A stretch of DNA of 64,000 nucleotides from Phoronis australis (GCA_002633005.1 NMRA01000035.1:300646-364645), one strand, 5' to 3'; shown: positions 52,817 through 64,000, counted from the stretch's first letter. The notes: generated from the sequence alone by a model not told the origin. Translations and numbers: made by a program.

Positions 52817-54817
52817 CTGAAACGCAGTTAGAAAAGTCTTTGTGACAAGGGGTTTTAGTTTATGCCAAAAATACTATTTTCCGCTTGACTGTCTCAAAAA
52901 TGCATCCAGGTTCTAAAAAAGCGACGTACACTTCTTCGTGCCGTTGCAGATTTTTCTATCAAAGTGAACGAGTTATTCACATAAATTCATTAAAAACTAC
53001 GCCATCAGGAATAAAAAATTGCGATTAATTCTTACTTCAGTTTACTTAAACTTGCAAATAAGAACATACATTGAGAGAGAGAGAGCACTAAATATAATGC
53101 ATTGACTTGGTGTAACAAATTGAATGTAGTGCGTACTCTAAAAGCGCGGTTCGAGTTTTGGCTCAAATAACAGTTCATAAATAGAGACTAAAAAGATATT
53201 TAAGTTTCTCTAAGATCGACCTCTCTTTAAAGACCCGACATCAAAATGCTTGCAACGCAACTGGAAAAAAATTTCGTTAGGCCCTTTCACATTGACTGAA
53301 CAGCTTCGACGTAAACTATGAAGTTAACTGAATCGTTCATACCGTTCGGCTTCGGTAGCTAACATTCATTAAAGTAATGAAACGGCATGTGACGCTGTTG
53401 TCATCGAAAGGGCCCATACAGCATGGGCGGTGCAGCACTGAAATAAGTGTGGGGGCTATAGCCCCATAGCCCCCTATGTTGGGCGCCCCCCATGCCCATG
53501 GGCGGCGCAACACTGAAATAAATGAGGTGACTATAGTCTCCAGCCCCCTATGGTGCGCCGCCCATGCACAAACCATGGGTGGCGCACCATAGGGGGCTGG
53601 GAGGGCTATAGCTCCCCACTTTTTTCAGTGCTACGCCGCACAAAGTCTATAGGTGGTGCCCCACAGGGGGGCTGAGGGGGCTTTAGCCCCCCACTTTTTT
53701 CAGTGCTGCGCCGCCCATGCAAACGACACAACCTCAAACAAAATATAATAAATCCGCTGATGTTTTGTTAGTGGTTTTCAATAGATGCACAAGTCACAGA
53801 AGTTCAGAATGGTTGCGATTGAATTCGCGTCGCACCCACCGGAAGCTGTTATGTCCGAGAATGCGTGTAAAACATAAAACGTACAGAGGCCAAAAGTTCT
53901 GCATGTTGTTTTTTCCTATCTCTACATCTCTGAGCCGCCAGTTTGTTGAGGTAGCGCCGTCTGTCTAAACGCTCCGTTCCTTCAGCTGACATCGACGATT
54001 CCTGAGAAATAATGTCAACAATTCATTGACGATGATGAAAGCAGTCAACACTGTTGCATCAATTTAGTCAGTAGCCTCGTTCTTCGTCACCAATGAGGAC
54101 ACGGTCGGCTTTAGTTCGTGAAATCCAAAATATTGTCAGGTTCTTGAAATTAGGCAAGCTTATTCTCGTGCTTATTTGGAGCTTACTGAGTTGACTAGCC
54201 TGTTTCCGGTTCACTTTTGCACTCTAAAAAGGTCGCACATACATTACACCGCCTATTTGTTATTTTATTATTATTATTATGAGATAGTCAATTAATCGGA
54301 TTCTAACAACTTCTTGGCGGCTCTGCATTTCCTACAAAAAGTGTAATACGAAGACAAATGTCGGGTCAGCACTGTAAGGTTTGCCGCGGCGTCATAAGAA
54401 CTTGCACCACCAACGAAAGTTTGTCGTTGGCGGAGACACAGAAATAATTGCACGCGTGTGAATATGATAAATATCACCCTCAAACTGCAGAATGGAGGAT
54501 TTCTATATCATCATCGTGTCCCCAAAGCTTAGCATGTCGGCAACATCAAAAGAAAATCAACAAGAACTTACCACGTCCGAGTCATTGTAGGTTTCTTCAT
54601 GTCGTATTTGACCATCATCGGGTGACCCTTTTCTACTTCTGTGAGTACCTGTCACCGAGTCATTACGAACCATTGTTGGTATGAGAGAATCTTGATCGGT
54701 GCCTTCCTCTTCTACTGTTGCGGCACACGCCGATTTAGTCAGAATATGCGCTGTCAGCGGAATATCTGCAGGTCGGCTCACCCACGTGGTAGTTACATTT
54801 TTCGTCTGCACATTCAT
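52628..54817 (-). CDS. ATF3/Fos/BATF-subfamily bZIP transcription factor, copy A; join(54817-54572,54001-53885,52816-52628), 183 aa
   Basis: Phase-0 GT-AG introns. Basic region RLDRRRYLNKLAAQRCRDRKK followed by zipper LASEVLQLEARNTELQHSVRKLTREREDLMDSLRAH (five Leu heptads then His). The intron falls at LAS|EVLQ, the same position as Fos LQA|ETD and ATF3 LQK|ESE. Confidence 0.88.
53421..53720. repeat. Four ~72-bp CATGGGCGG...CCGCCCATG mini-elements arranged as two forward and two reverse copies (300-bp palindrome) in bZIP copy A intron 2
   Basis: Outer ends GCATGGGCGGTGCAGCACTGAAA / TTTCAGTGCTGCGCCGCCCATGC; each unit carries a GGGGCTATAGCCCC-type core; a single related unit lies at ~58484-58562. 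Confidence 0.85.
53885..54001 (-). CDS. bZIP copy A exon 2, basic region (ESSMSAEGTERLDRRRYLNKLAAQRCRDRKKQHAELLAS)
   Basis: tttctcag acceptor, TCT|gtacgt donor, 117 nt; NxxAAxxCR motif. Confidence 0.92.
54572..54817 (-). CDS. bZIP copy A exon 1 (MNVQTKNVTTTWVSRPADIPLTAHILTKS...YNDSDV)
   Basis: ORF 54557..54817 cut at GTG|gtaagt; aligns with copy B exon 1 (WV..LTAxxLTK..IP.xVRxxSxTGTxR). Confidence 0.8.
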
Positions 54818-54937
54818 TATGACAACATCGATGTTTTATGGTATTTCAATGTATAATTACTTTAATTGTGATGAAAACAAAAAACGCCGGAGAGAACGAG
54901 ACGCACCCGTGGTGTTTCGAATTAGAAAAAGGCCATC

Positions 54938-55080
54938 TCGTGACAACAGTACAATGTTTAATACAGAGCATCAAAATTACGTTGCATCATGCTTCATTTT
55001 AGACAAGTCATGTCATGTCTGTCATGACCAAAAGGTTCAGTGAAGACTTACTGCTGCAACTTTAATAGTAATTACGTCAT
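54938..55080 (-). promoter_or_regulatory. bZIP copy A promoter: C/EBP-ATF element TGATGCAAC (54989-54981) and CRE-like TGACGTAA (55079-55072)
   Basis: Motifs read directly; block is alignable with the copy B promoter. Confidence 0.65.
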
Positions 55081-55649
55081 CAAAATTATTTTTCACGTTG
55101 ACGCAAGAATCTCGCGAGTGTTTCGCGAGATGTATCTGTGGGACCTTACTCGGGCGTACCTTAGCAAAATGGCGACCAATGAATTTATTGGTCGATGAGA
55201 TTGGAATATTCAATTATGGGATAGGATTCAATGTTATCGTTTCGTCAGTGAAGATTTATAGCCGCAGATGCATCGTGAATGTCTTGGGTGTATGGAAACC
55301 GGCCTTGGTCTTACAATTAGCCTTTTGCATCACTACATGAAAGCAAGTGCGAGTATACTAGATATGTGGTACTTGATGCAAAATTTGATTTTTTTTGTTT
55401 TACAGAGATCCGATATTCAGTTTTGAAAATGTAAAATATATTGTACCATCTGTTATTGTTGTGGCTCTCAAGTCGAGAAATCAATGAGGGTAACTTTGAA
55501 AACAGTCGAAAATAAAAATGAGATAAATACCTTAGTGATGATAAATATGTAGTCATGAATGACAAAATAAATCGGCATGCCATTTTGGGGACATTCTTCC
55601 TTGTAAATCGTTGTTGTCCCCTCCTAGCCGACAATTACATCGTAGGGGC

Positions 55650-55681
55650 GATAGTAATAGTAATAGTAATAGTAATAGTAT
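55650..55681. repeat. (TAATAG)n microsatellite
   Basis: Direct reading, ~5 units. Confidence 0.9.
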
Positions 55682-57778
55682 ACCCCCATAAAAGGTTACT
55701 CATCTCAAAATACATCGAATAAAATGGAATGACACATGCACATATATATATACACATGGAGATATAATTAACACATACCATGAACCTCGGCTGGAAAAAA
55801 TTTTGTCAGCATCATTTGAACATATCCGTGAAAATCTGTCGCGGTCCGCTCGAGCTTTGCCCTGACCGGGTGCCATTTTGAGGAAGTTGCGTGAAATCAC
55901 GCGTGTTGACGAACATAAAGTCCAAGGGACGCAAATCTTACAAATTCCACATGATTTTGTGCAAGTGTCACATGCCAGGTCACACGTAGGCTGAGCTCAG
56001 TCTCGCGCTTGTCCTTGCCTACTAACTCACGTGACGTCAGTTGAAATGCTTTGCGCAGTGAAGAAGTTAACCTGCGACAAAAAAGTGAAGTTTGGATTCT
56101 TCCACGAGTTTTTGAACTGAGAAGCGCCAGTTGAAAATCCCTCCAACGTTATCTATTTGTTTTTTGGTAGTGTCCGTAGTGGGGATATATCCACATGTGC
56201 ATACATCTGTACAAAGAACTGGCATCAGGCAAAATTACAATCTCAAAATTACGCTTTTTTCTGCCACAAAAACGATCATTTTCTTTTAATAAGATAATTA
56301 ACAATAACAAAAAGAATTTTACTTTAAAACCCGAATAATTAAACACGTTCCAATAAGCACCGATAGACCTCGTGATACAATGAGTTAAATAAGATAAAAG
56401 CCCCTCACAAACAAATTATGAGGCTGTTTTGGACTTTGTTTTCTTTAGTACACGGTAATAAAAACTAGGGAGCGCTCGAAACAAAGCTTCATCGTGACTA
56501 AAGCTTGGACAACCTCAAAAGCAAACCGCAGTCGCTCCCTCTATCACAATGAACAGAGTCCACCAAGAGACTTATTACGGTACACAAGGTTAGGGGGCAT
56601 AAAAAAACTTTGAACAATAGAGACAAGTAAAGCTCTAAACATGTCTTTGTTGGCTGATACGACATTTGCTGACACAAACACGTTTGAAAGGTCAAAGGCA
56701 ATTTATGGATGTAGAGATAAACTAAACAAGTAACTGAACTGTACAGGTAATTTTCGAATACAAGGTATATTTGAGGATATAAAAAACCCGTGACAGTATT
56801 ATTCCCCGCAAAACTCTCATTAAAACGTGAATGGTAAATGACACGGTTCTAAAATACATAGTTAACAACACTCAATATATGAGAAGTTATAAGCACGCCG
56901 GCATAATAGCTAAAATCTTCATTTAAAATATGAGAAGTAAAAGTTACATCACGACAGCTTCCGTCTACGGAACGCATCCAACCTTTTTGTTCTCAACAGA
57001 CCCTCACGCCTTCCAATTCGGTCACAAAAGTTGTCGACAAAAATTGGAAAGAAAACACCACGGTTTTGGTGGGACATTTACTATACCGAATAGAAAGCGC
57101 AATGTTGCCAGTGGCGAAAATGCGGGACACATCCATGCCTCGGCGGGTCTGTGGCGTGAAAAAAGTCAGAAAAAGCGGGAATATCCACCAAAAGTGTGAC
57201 AATTGCAAAAAATGCTGCAATCTGTGAAGGTATGCAGCTGGCATATCAGGGTCCGATTTCATCAAATAATCTCAACTTGAGTTAGAATCTCTACGTCTAG
57301 CTGGCTGGTGTCTTTGTCATGAACCCCACCCAACACGTCTCCAACACTGCCACCGACGGAGGTGAGAAAATAAATCAAATCTTCCCAATCGCACGTCAAC
57401 TTTAACACGTGTGCTGTAGTTGCGTGTTTTTTTCTTCCAACAGAAAACGGAAACGGCTATATTAGCCAGCCGTTGGCAATCGTTGGTTAAAACGGTCGAT
57501 CTAGCGCCTACAAACAATTTAAGCACGCCCACTAAAATGAATTACCAACCAGGGTTAATTATGATTAATCTTAAAATCTAATAATCGATACTTTATCACT
57601 CCAGCAGACTTTAAAAATTGACAGAAAATTCTGAGACGGTGAATAGTTATCAGTGGGTTTAATAAATAGACGATTTTCGTTAGCAAGAGAAGTACAAGTG
57701 CTCTTGGCCCATTTACAAGTTATCCTGTCGCCCACGGTCTTTCCTCTCAGAAAACAATAAAGAGAAGACTACACATAT

Positions 57779-58070
57779 CAGTGGCGGATTTAGGGGGGGG
57801 GGAGGGTAAGGGGGTCATGGCCCCATTTAAAATTCTACCAGATACCATTTGGGAGTTCGGGTGCGAAGAATGGCTGACAAGGACTCGTGCGCGCAACCAG
57901 GGTGGCTCGGGGGGGGTGAATAAATAAACCCCGTTTTCTGTTTTTTTTAGTCAACAGGTCCGCAAACCTAAAAATTTCCCACATTTTACGCTGAGCGCGC
58001 GCATCTGCCGAAATTCTGGTTATCCCTGTGCCCTGGCCCACCCTAACTCAAAATCCAGGATCCGCCCCTG
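57779..58070. mobile_element. Same MITE family, copy 2
   Basis: TIRs CAGTGGCGGAT / ATCCGCCCCTG, flanked on both sides by CATAT (possible target-site duplication). Confidence 0.8.
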
Positions 58071-58972
58071 CATATAGGCACGTGTAGGTGTGCGAAACCA
58101 AGAATATACGCCTTCGACAGCAAGCCATGGTCGGTTTGCAGCCGACAGATAACATGTTCAGCACATTCCGTATAGTCGGGTCTCTCCCTGTAAGCAATCA
58201 CCTCAGTGTTGAGTGTGCAGATTAGCACTCCCTCGGAGAGACAGGATGCCCCGGGGTCAAACGTGCAAGTTTGGACGAACTTTACAATAAGCACCGTCTC
58301 AGATCCACCAGAAAGTGGGCCTATCAATCTGCCCATGAACACCAGTTGGCAACTTCGCTTTAGCCGGCGCCCGGCCGAAGACGGGTCCGCTATTAGGCCT
58401 ATAGCTAAATTTCATGACCCCGAAAAAACCTAAATCACACATTAGCAACTTTCAAGAAATTAAATTCACTAGTACTGACGCATCAGTGGGTCGGTGGCGC
58501 AGCTCTGAACACAGAAATTGGGTTATATAGCCTCCCAGCCTCCCTATGGTGCGCCGCCCATGGGCTTACCTGACGTAAGTTCCGCACCCGCCGCGGGTTC
58601 CTGACCGGCCGGCTCAGGGCACCGGTTTCCAACTAGAACGTACGGAAATGCCCACGTGCCACGTGGCTCTATAAACCATCGTCTCACATCCATTTCTTCA
58701 ATATATGTAAAACCGTCAGTGTCAGTGACATTGCTAGTGAAGGCAACGACAATCAACAAATTGAACAAACGAACACTGAGCACGCCGGCCACCAATTGAC
58801 TCAAGTCCGAGGGCTATACGGCGGTCAGGCCTAAAAACACGAAAATCTAACAACTGAACAATAAAATTGATAAATTAGTTATAAATTATATACGGCTAGC
58901 TCAGGGTCCACTCACTCCAGCATATTGATTCGAAGCGTACGCAGGGTACCGAACCCCCACGGCTCAGGCCAA

Positions 58973-59393
58973 GTACCTAAACTACACGGTTAACGGACTC
59001 ATAAACACTTATGGGTCACGGACCTGCAAACACCGTCCACTGACTCACAAACACGGGAACGGACTCACAAAACACGACCCATTCACCCAAATACACGGGA
59101 CACCGACTCATATTCACGAGGACTATCACAGTTAACGGGCCGCCAAACACGGGTCACGGACTCATCGGCTTTGTGGGTCAGCTGATAGCTACATTTTGTC
59201 CGTAAACCGTGATTAGCGGTCCGTTAACCGTGTTTCTTCGTGAATGTGAGTCCATGTCCCGTGTATTTGGTTGAATGGGTCGTGTTTTGTGAGTCCGTTC
59301 TCGTGTTTGTGAGTCAGTGGACGGTGTTTGCAGGTCCGTGAGTCGTGTTCCATGCGTCCGCGACCGTGTTTATGAGTCCGTTAGTTTAGGTAC
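58973..59393. mobile_element. Long near-perfect inverted repeat (foldback MITE), ~420 bp
   Basis: GTACCTAAACTA...ACGGACTCATAAACAC...GGACCTGCAAACACCGTCCACTGACTCACAAACACG is mirrored by its reverse complement at 59220-59393; internal CACGGACTCA-type sub-repeats. Confidence 0.85.
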
Positions 59394-61045
59394 CTTGAAA
59401 TCTCCGGCAGGGTTAGTCTCACTTACACTGCAAGTGAGACGTTAAAACGTCAGTAGACCATTTCGATGGAAAAAACTAGTTACACCACGTGAGAAAAATA
59501 ATTAGTTTAACTGATGAGTCATTACGCACTGACACACCGCACAAAACGAGTTTGGTCTTGATTGGTCTTGAAATAGGTAGTCAGGTTGTAGCTATTTATA
59601 GAACTCACAGGTGCGCTTGGGAAGCGACCTCTTGTGGCGAGCTTTGAAATAAAAACGTATTTAGTTAAAAATGTTATGTAGTGGTGTTAGCGGACTTGAT
59701 CTTCAGTGCCTCACATTTTGAACCATTAATGGTAAAGATTGGTTGTAAATTTACGATTAGAGTTTCACCAATCTCCTTAATTCACCAACACCATTCAATG
59801 CAGAGCCTGTAAACTCCCGGCAAAGTTTCCGTGCGGGTGTGGCCTGCATGACTTGGGCACAGCCGTGCACGAGTCGAGTGGTTGACTATATTGATATTGT
59901 GATTGATTGCAATGTGAAACTGCCATTCTGATTAAAGATCTTTTAAGAGGTCATTTTTGGTGAGTTGCCGTCTGTATGAGTAACGAGTGGACCAAAGTAG
60001 TTTCTCTAAGCTTGTGCCAATTTTATTTACAATATTAAACTATGTCCTACTATCAAGAAGAGAAAAAAGGCAAAGACTGTGGAGATAGAGAACCACGTGA
60101 CTCGTTCCCAAAGAATCTTACACTTGGCAGCCACTTTATTGGCACTCCTCAGTCAAGCGAAGTCAGAAACTTTGAACATGACTCGAGTGCTTTCGACATC
60201 TCTGCAAAAACCTTGCTGTTGTCGAATGTCACTAACCATTGAAACAAATTTCACTCATGTGCTTGGCTTACTGTGCACTGGAGGCCGTTAATCTAGCCTG
60301 CAAGCTGTCGATTTTTAGGGCAATTTTCACATAATATGTTTTAGTTGATAACCATCAGGACAGAGTTACGCTAACATGTTTTACCCGATAGAAAGCATAT
60401 CTTAAAAAAGCGCGTCACCAAAAAGGGAACTAGTCAATAGCGATTTAAGTTACATCTTACCAACAGTTTTTGAAATAATCTCCGGCGACTTGATTGATTG
60501 GTCTTTTCATTTCTCTAACAGTGCGTGAATCACATGAAATTTTACCTGCCTGAGGATCTCATAAGGGGAAACAGAAAAAGATTTCACTATTATCAGCGTT
60601 AAGATTGATGAGACGGGTTTTATTTCGTCCTTTTCCTACAAACAGGCGCAAATGTTGACTGTACAATGAACTGAAGGTGGTGAATTTTGCTTTGTTGCAA
60701 TTAAAAAGATCGCAGACAAATGTGAGCGTGAGTTCACTTTGCACGTGATTTTCGCGCTTGTAGATTTCTGGGTGTGATGATATGGCGAGGTGTTTGCAGG
60801 CGCTCTTTCGTCTGTGTTTCGGCATGCTTCCGGGATAGCAATCTTGCCACATGGTTCAGCAACACCTTCTAGACCGCCTCTCTATATTTTATAAAAACTA
60901 TCAGCGGGGGCAGAAGGAGATGAAGATCTTATGTGGTTTGTGCTGTATTTTAGACTTTTTAACCGTTCAATATACCATAGTCTTCACTAGACATAAATTG
61001 AAGTTGTTGACTTTTTAGATATGAGATAAACTAATAGGCGGAAGG

Positions 61046-61171
61046 TTAATTTCCCTTGTGAAACACGTCACAATGAGTTCGCAATAAATTCATTAAATCC
61101 TCTCGTTCGCGCTTTAATTTCCTCACAGAATGAAAGAGTTCGGTGTTTTTCGCCTCCAGCTGAAGAACCTC
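61046..61171 (-). CDS. bZIP copy B exon 3, leucine zipper
   Basis: gtttcag acceptor, 126 nt to TAA. Confidence 0.9.
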   Translation of the reverse strand, partial: EVLQLEAKNTELFHSVRKLKREREDLMNLLRTHCDVFHKGN

Positions 61172-63345
61172 CTGAAACATAATCGAAAAAGAAACCAGGA
61201 TCAAGTAAGCGTGTGAACACTGTTGTTTCAGTAATATTTGTAAAAGCTAAGCGAACTCAGTCATTGGCTGCTCGTGATTGATATCGCCGGTTCCACCGAG
61301 TCAACCGCTAAGACAACTGGCTGGTTTGAAAGCCGGAAATCGACATCGAGAATCAATCAGATATCCTTGCCGGTTGACCCGGCGGAACTGGCGAAACCAG
61401 TCTTAATTAATGATAACTTGAGCTACATGGAATAAAATCATGACACCTAAATCAAAAAAAGTTGAATTCAGAGGGTAAAGATTAATATTTATTGTCGGAT
61501 TTTGCGTCCAAAACTCAATATTTGGTAAACTCGATTTTCTGTTAGAAAGATTAAGTCACCGGAAATTTACAAATGCAGCTCAAAACTTTTGAAGACATCA
61601 TTTCAGTTTCACTTGATTCAGCGTGAAACGCTTACAAAGTGGTTTTTACGTGGGATAAATTTGGTCTAGTCTTGTTAAAACTGATTGTTCACGTAAACAG
61701 CACAAATTTATTCTGTAATTAAATTATTTTCCTCCATTGCTTGATTTCTGGCTAATGTAATTTTCAACATAAAACTTCGGACAAAGGCCACTGACAGGAG
61801 TCCTAGATTTTGAGAACCAGTTTGACGCCTGTTTTTCAGTGGGAAAAACTGGTTCTCAAAACTTCTGGACCCCTGAAAGTGCCAATTTCAAAACTTCAAA
61901 CTATGTTTCCAGTTCACTGTAGCAACCGGAAGCTGTCCGAGACGTGTCACCATCAGCCACGATCCTATGAAGCACCAAAAGGTTCTTGAACGAGTAGATC
62001 TATATTTCTGTGCGTTGAATTATCAATATTCAACGCGCACAATTGATTAATCAACATGCAAAACTAGTTATGTGATGGGGAGAATTGGTTTTTCAAGTTA
62101 AACCACTACCTTGGCCATTCGTTGAAGAATAAGAGTTGAGTTTCGAAGATTGTAATGCAGGGGTTACTAACGTTTTGAGGAACAAGTATGTTTCAGATTA
62201 TAGGCCATGAAATTCGAGTAATCAATTTTTTGTTTATGGATGACAGGATGAGTGTCGCAAAAAAAAAACGTACAGAAGACAGCAGTTCTGCTTGCTGCTT
62301 TTTCCTATCTCTACATCTCTGAGCTGCCATTTTATTGAGGAAACGCCTTCTGTCTAAACGATCCGTTTCTTCCGAAGATGAAGATTCCTGAGGAAAGAGT
62401 CATAAAATGGATGACGAATTGGACAGTGATGATAAGAAGCGACGCCGTGGTTACGTCATTCTCTTCATTATTTCACTAAAAAAATCAATGCTATAAACGT
62501 GCACCAGAACTCAAAATTAAGTCAAAGTTTCATTCAATTTTCCTGAATCGACAGTCTTATTGAAATTTGTGGTAACTCATGCACCATGCACAGATGTAAG
62601 TGAGACTTACGAACAAGACGATCCCTTAGAAGCAGGTCCCCGGCATGTCGACTAGCGCAGGGTCGACTCCAAGACTGTCTGTAGGTAATTTCTCGACAAT
62701 CGCATCAATACTAAAATCGTCATTCAAATGTTGCTTCGGTTACCCTGACTTTAGAGCCGGTTCTCAAAATATAGGCGCCGAGTTGATTACTTTTTGAAAT
62801 TACATTAAAAATTGCTCATCCAAAATGTCACCGTTTCAAAACATCAGCTGTTATTCTGTAAAGGTCAAGGACGGCCCCTTCAGGTCATGTTCTGAAGGGT
62901 GTGCATGCAATTGCGTATCTATAAGCAAATTGTAAGATAGTATTACCACTGCAGAGTCCGCCATACATGTACATGTATCTGACTGCGGGAATTTGACTAT
63001 AAAACTTATCGTTCCCAGTGGGCTTGGGTTTGGTATAGGTCACGGGTTCATTGAATTTTTGTCTCCCGGACAATGCACAAGTCGTGATAGGAAAAGACAA
63101 CAATGTAACACCAAAAGGAGCTCAATAATTATTACCTCTTTGTCATTATTGCCACTTTCCTGACGTGCGGTAAGGCCACCATCGCCGGGTAACGCTCCTT
63201 GCCTTCTTTGAGTACCCGTCAGCGAGTGATCGCGAACTATTCTTGGTATGGGAGATACTTCGCCAAATGTTTTAGTCAGAACTTGAGCAGTCAGCAGACC
63301 TCCTGGAACCCACACAGGACCTCCGTTTTTCACACCCACATCCAT
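61046..63345 (-). CDS. ATF3/Fos/BATF-subfamily bZIP transcription factor, copy B; join(63345-63136,62387-62274,61171-61046), 149 aa
   Basis: Same exon layout as copy A. Basic region RLDRRRFLNKMAAQRCRDRKK, zipper LSSEVLQLEAKNTELFHSVRKLKREREDLMNLLRTHC; stops shortly after (DVFHKGN*). Confidence 0.88.
62274..62387 (-). CDS. bZIP copy B exon 2, basic region
   Basis: tttcctcag acceptor, TCT|gtacgt donor, 114 nt. Confidence 0.92.
63136..63345 (-). CDS. bZIP copy B exon 1 (MDVGVKNGGPVWVPGGLLTAQVLTKTFGEVSPIPRIVRDHSLTGTQRRQ...NNDKE)
   Basis: ORF 63040..63345 cut at GAG|gtaata, 210 nt, phase 0. Confidence 0.8.
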
Positions 63346-63470
63346 TGTGACAAGTTTAAATCATTTTATAATTAATTTACCTTGACAAGAACGCCCGTGA
63401 TGACGAGCACAAATTCTCAATATTGGCGGAACCGCGACTCTGGCGTTTTATTATATAATTAAGAGATTAA

Positions 63471-63645
63471 CCCGTGACAACTGCATGTTTAATCGAAGAA
63501 GAAATTTACGAATAAAACTGCGTTGCATCATGAGCCATTTTTGGCAAGTCATAGGCATTTCAGTCACGAGATCAAAAAGCACGGGTTCAGCTTTTGCACA
63601 ATGAGGTCACCATTGCTGCCGCTTTTAGTATCGATGACGTCACCT
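63471..63645 (-). promoter_or_regulatory. bZIP copy B promoter: C/EBP-ATF element TGATGCAAC (63530-63522) and perfect CRE TGACGTCA (63635-63642)
   Basis: Motifs read directly; a TA-rich TATA-like run lies at ~63448-63460. Confidence 0.65.
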
Positions 63646-63933
63646 TAGTCAGCTGTTTGGCGTACGACTGTAACTACACCAGCATGGCTTCACCAGACTC
63701 CGATTTTAAGGAAAGTTTGTAGCTACAGAAATTACGGATTTTAGAATCAACATTCTAAGTTATTTACTCATTTCGCTGGTTCAAGGAACTAACAGGGGAT
63801 AAGATTACTAAATAATGATATGAATAAACCCACTTGTCGTGTGGATTTCTCCTCGCGAACTACAGTTTTCAAAGTCATAACGAGATGTTTTTTTCGGAGA
63901 TCTTTAGACTCCCTGTCATTTTTGTTTTCACCG

Positions 63934-64000
63934 CAGAGGCGGATCTACGGGGGGGGGTTCAGGGGGTTTAAACCCCCCCCTCGGGCCAGGACCCAAAAAT
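63934..64000. mobile_element. Left end of a related CAGxGGCGGATC MITE, truncated by the window end
   Basis: CAGAGGCGGATCTACGGGGGGGGTTCAGGGGGTTTAAACCCCCCC. Confidence 0.6.

Overview
Eukaryotic (invertebrate animal, most likely lophotrochozoan - inference from gene style and repeat types) genomic DNA, AT-rich, with spliced genes that the ORF track mostly misses. Reading splice sites and phases by hand gives four complete gene models: (1) a 5-exon Hey gene (bHLH-Orange, C-terminal YRPW) on the minus strand, 14290-17595, with a TATA/CSL/GC-box/CCAAT promoter and a long CpG-rich flank carrying many CSL (Su(H)/RBPJ) sites and CACGTG boxes; (2) a 6-exon TMEM72-like four-TM protein gene on the plus strand, 37639-48910 (exon 1 also duplicated at 36362-36446 next to an assembly N); (3,4) a tandem pair of divergent 3-exon ATF3/Fos-subfamily bZIP genes on the minus strand (52628-54817 and 61046-63345). 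Both bZIP genes keep a homologous promoter with a C/EBP-ATF (amino-acid-response) element and a CRE. Between the two bZIP genes is an orphan plus-strand promoter-like cassette (CRE, tandem CACGTG, TATA) pointing into a ~420-bp inverted repeat. The rest is MITEs, a Helentron-type non-autonomous element, LINE and SINE remnants, and two duplications flanking N characters that are probably assembly artefacts. No prokaryotic features, rRNA, tRNA or CRISPR array were found. All similarity calls are from recalled family motifs, not from database searches.
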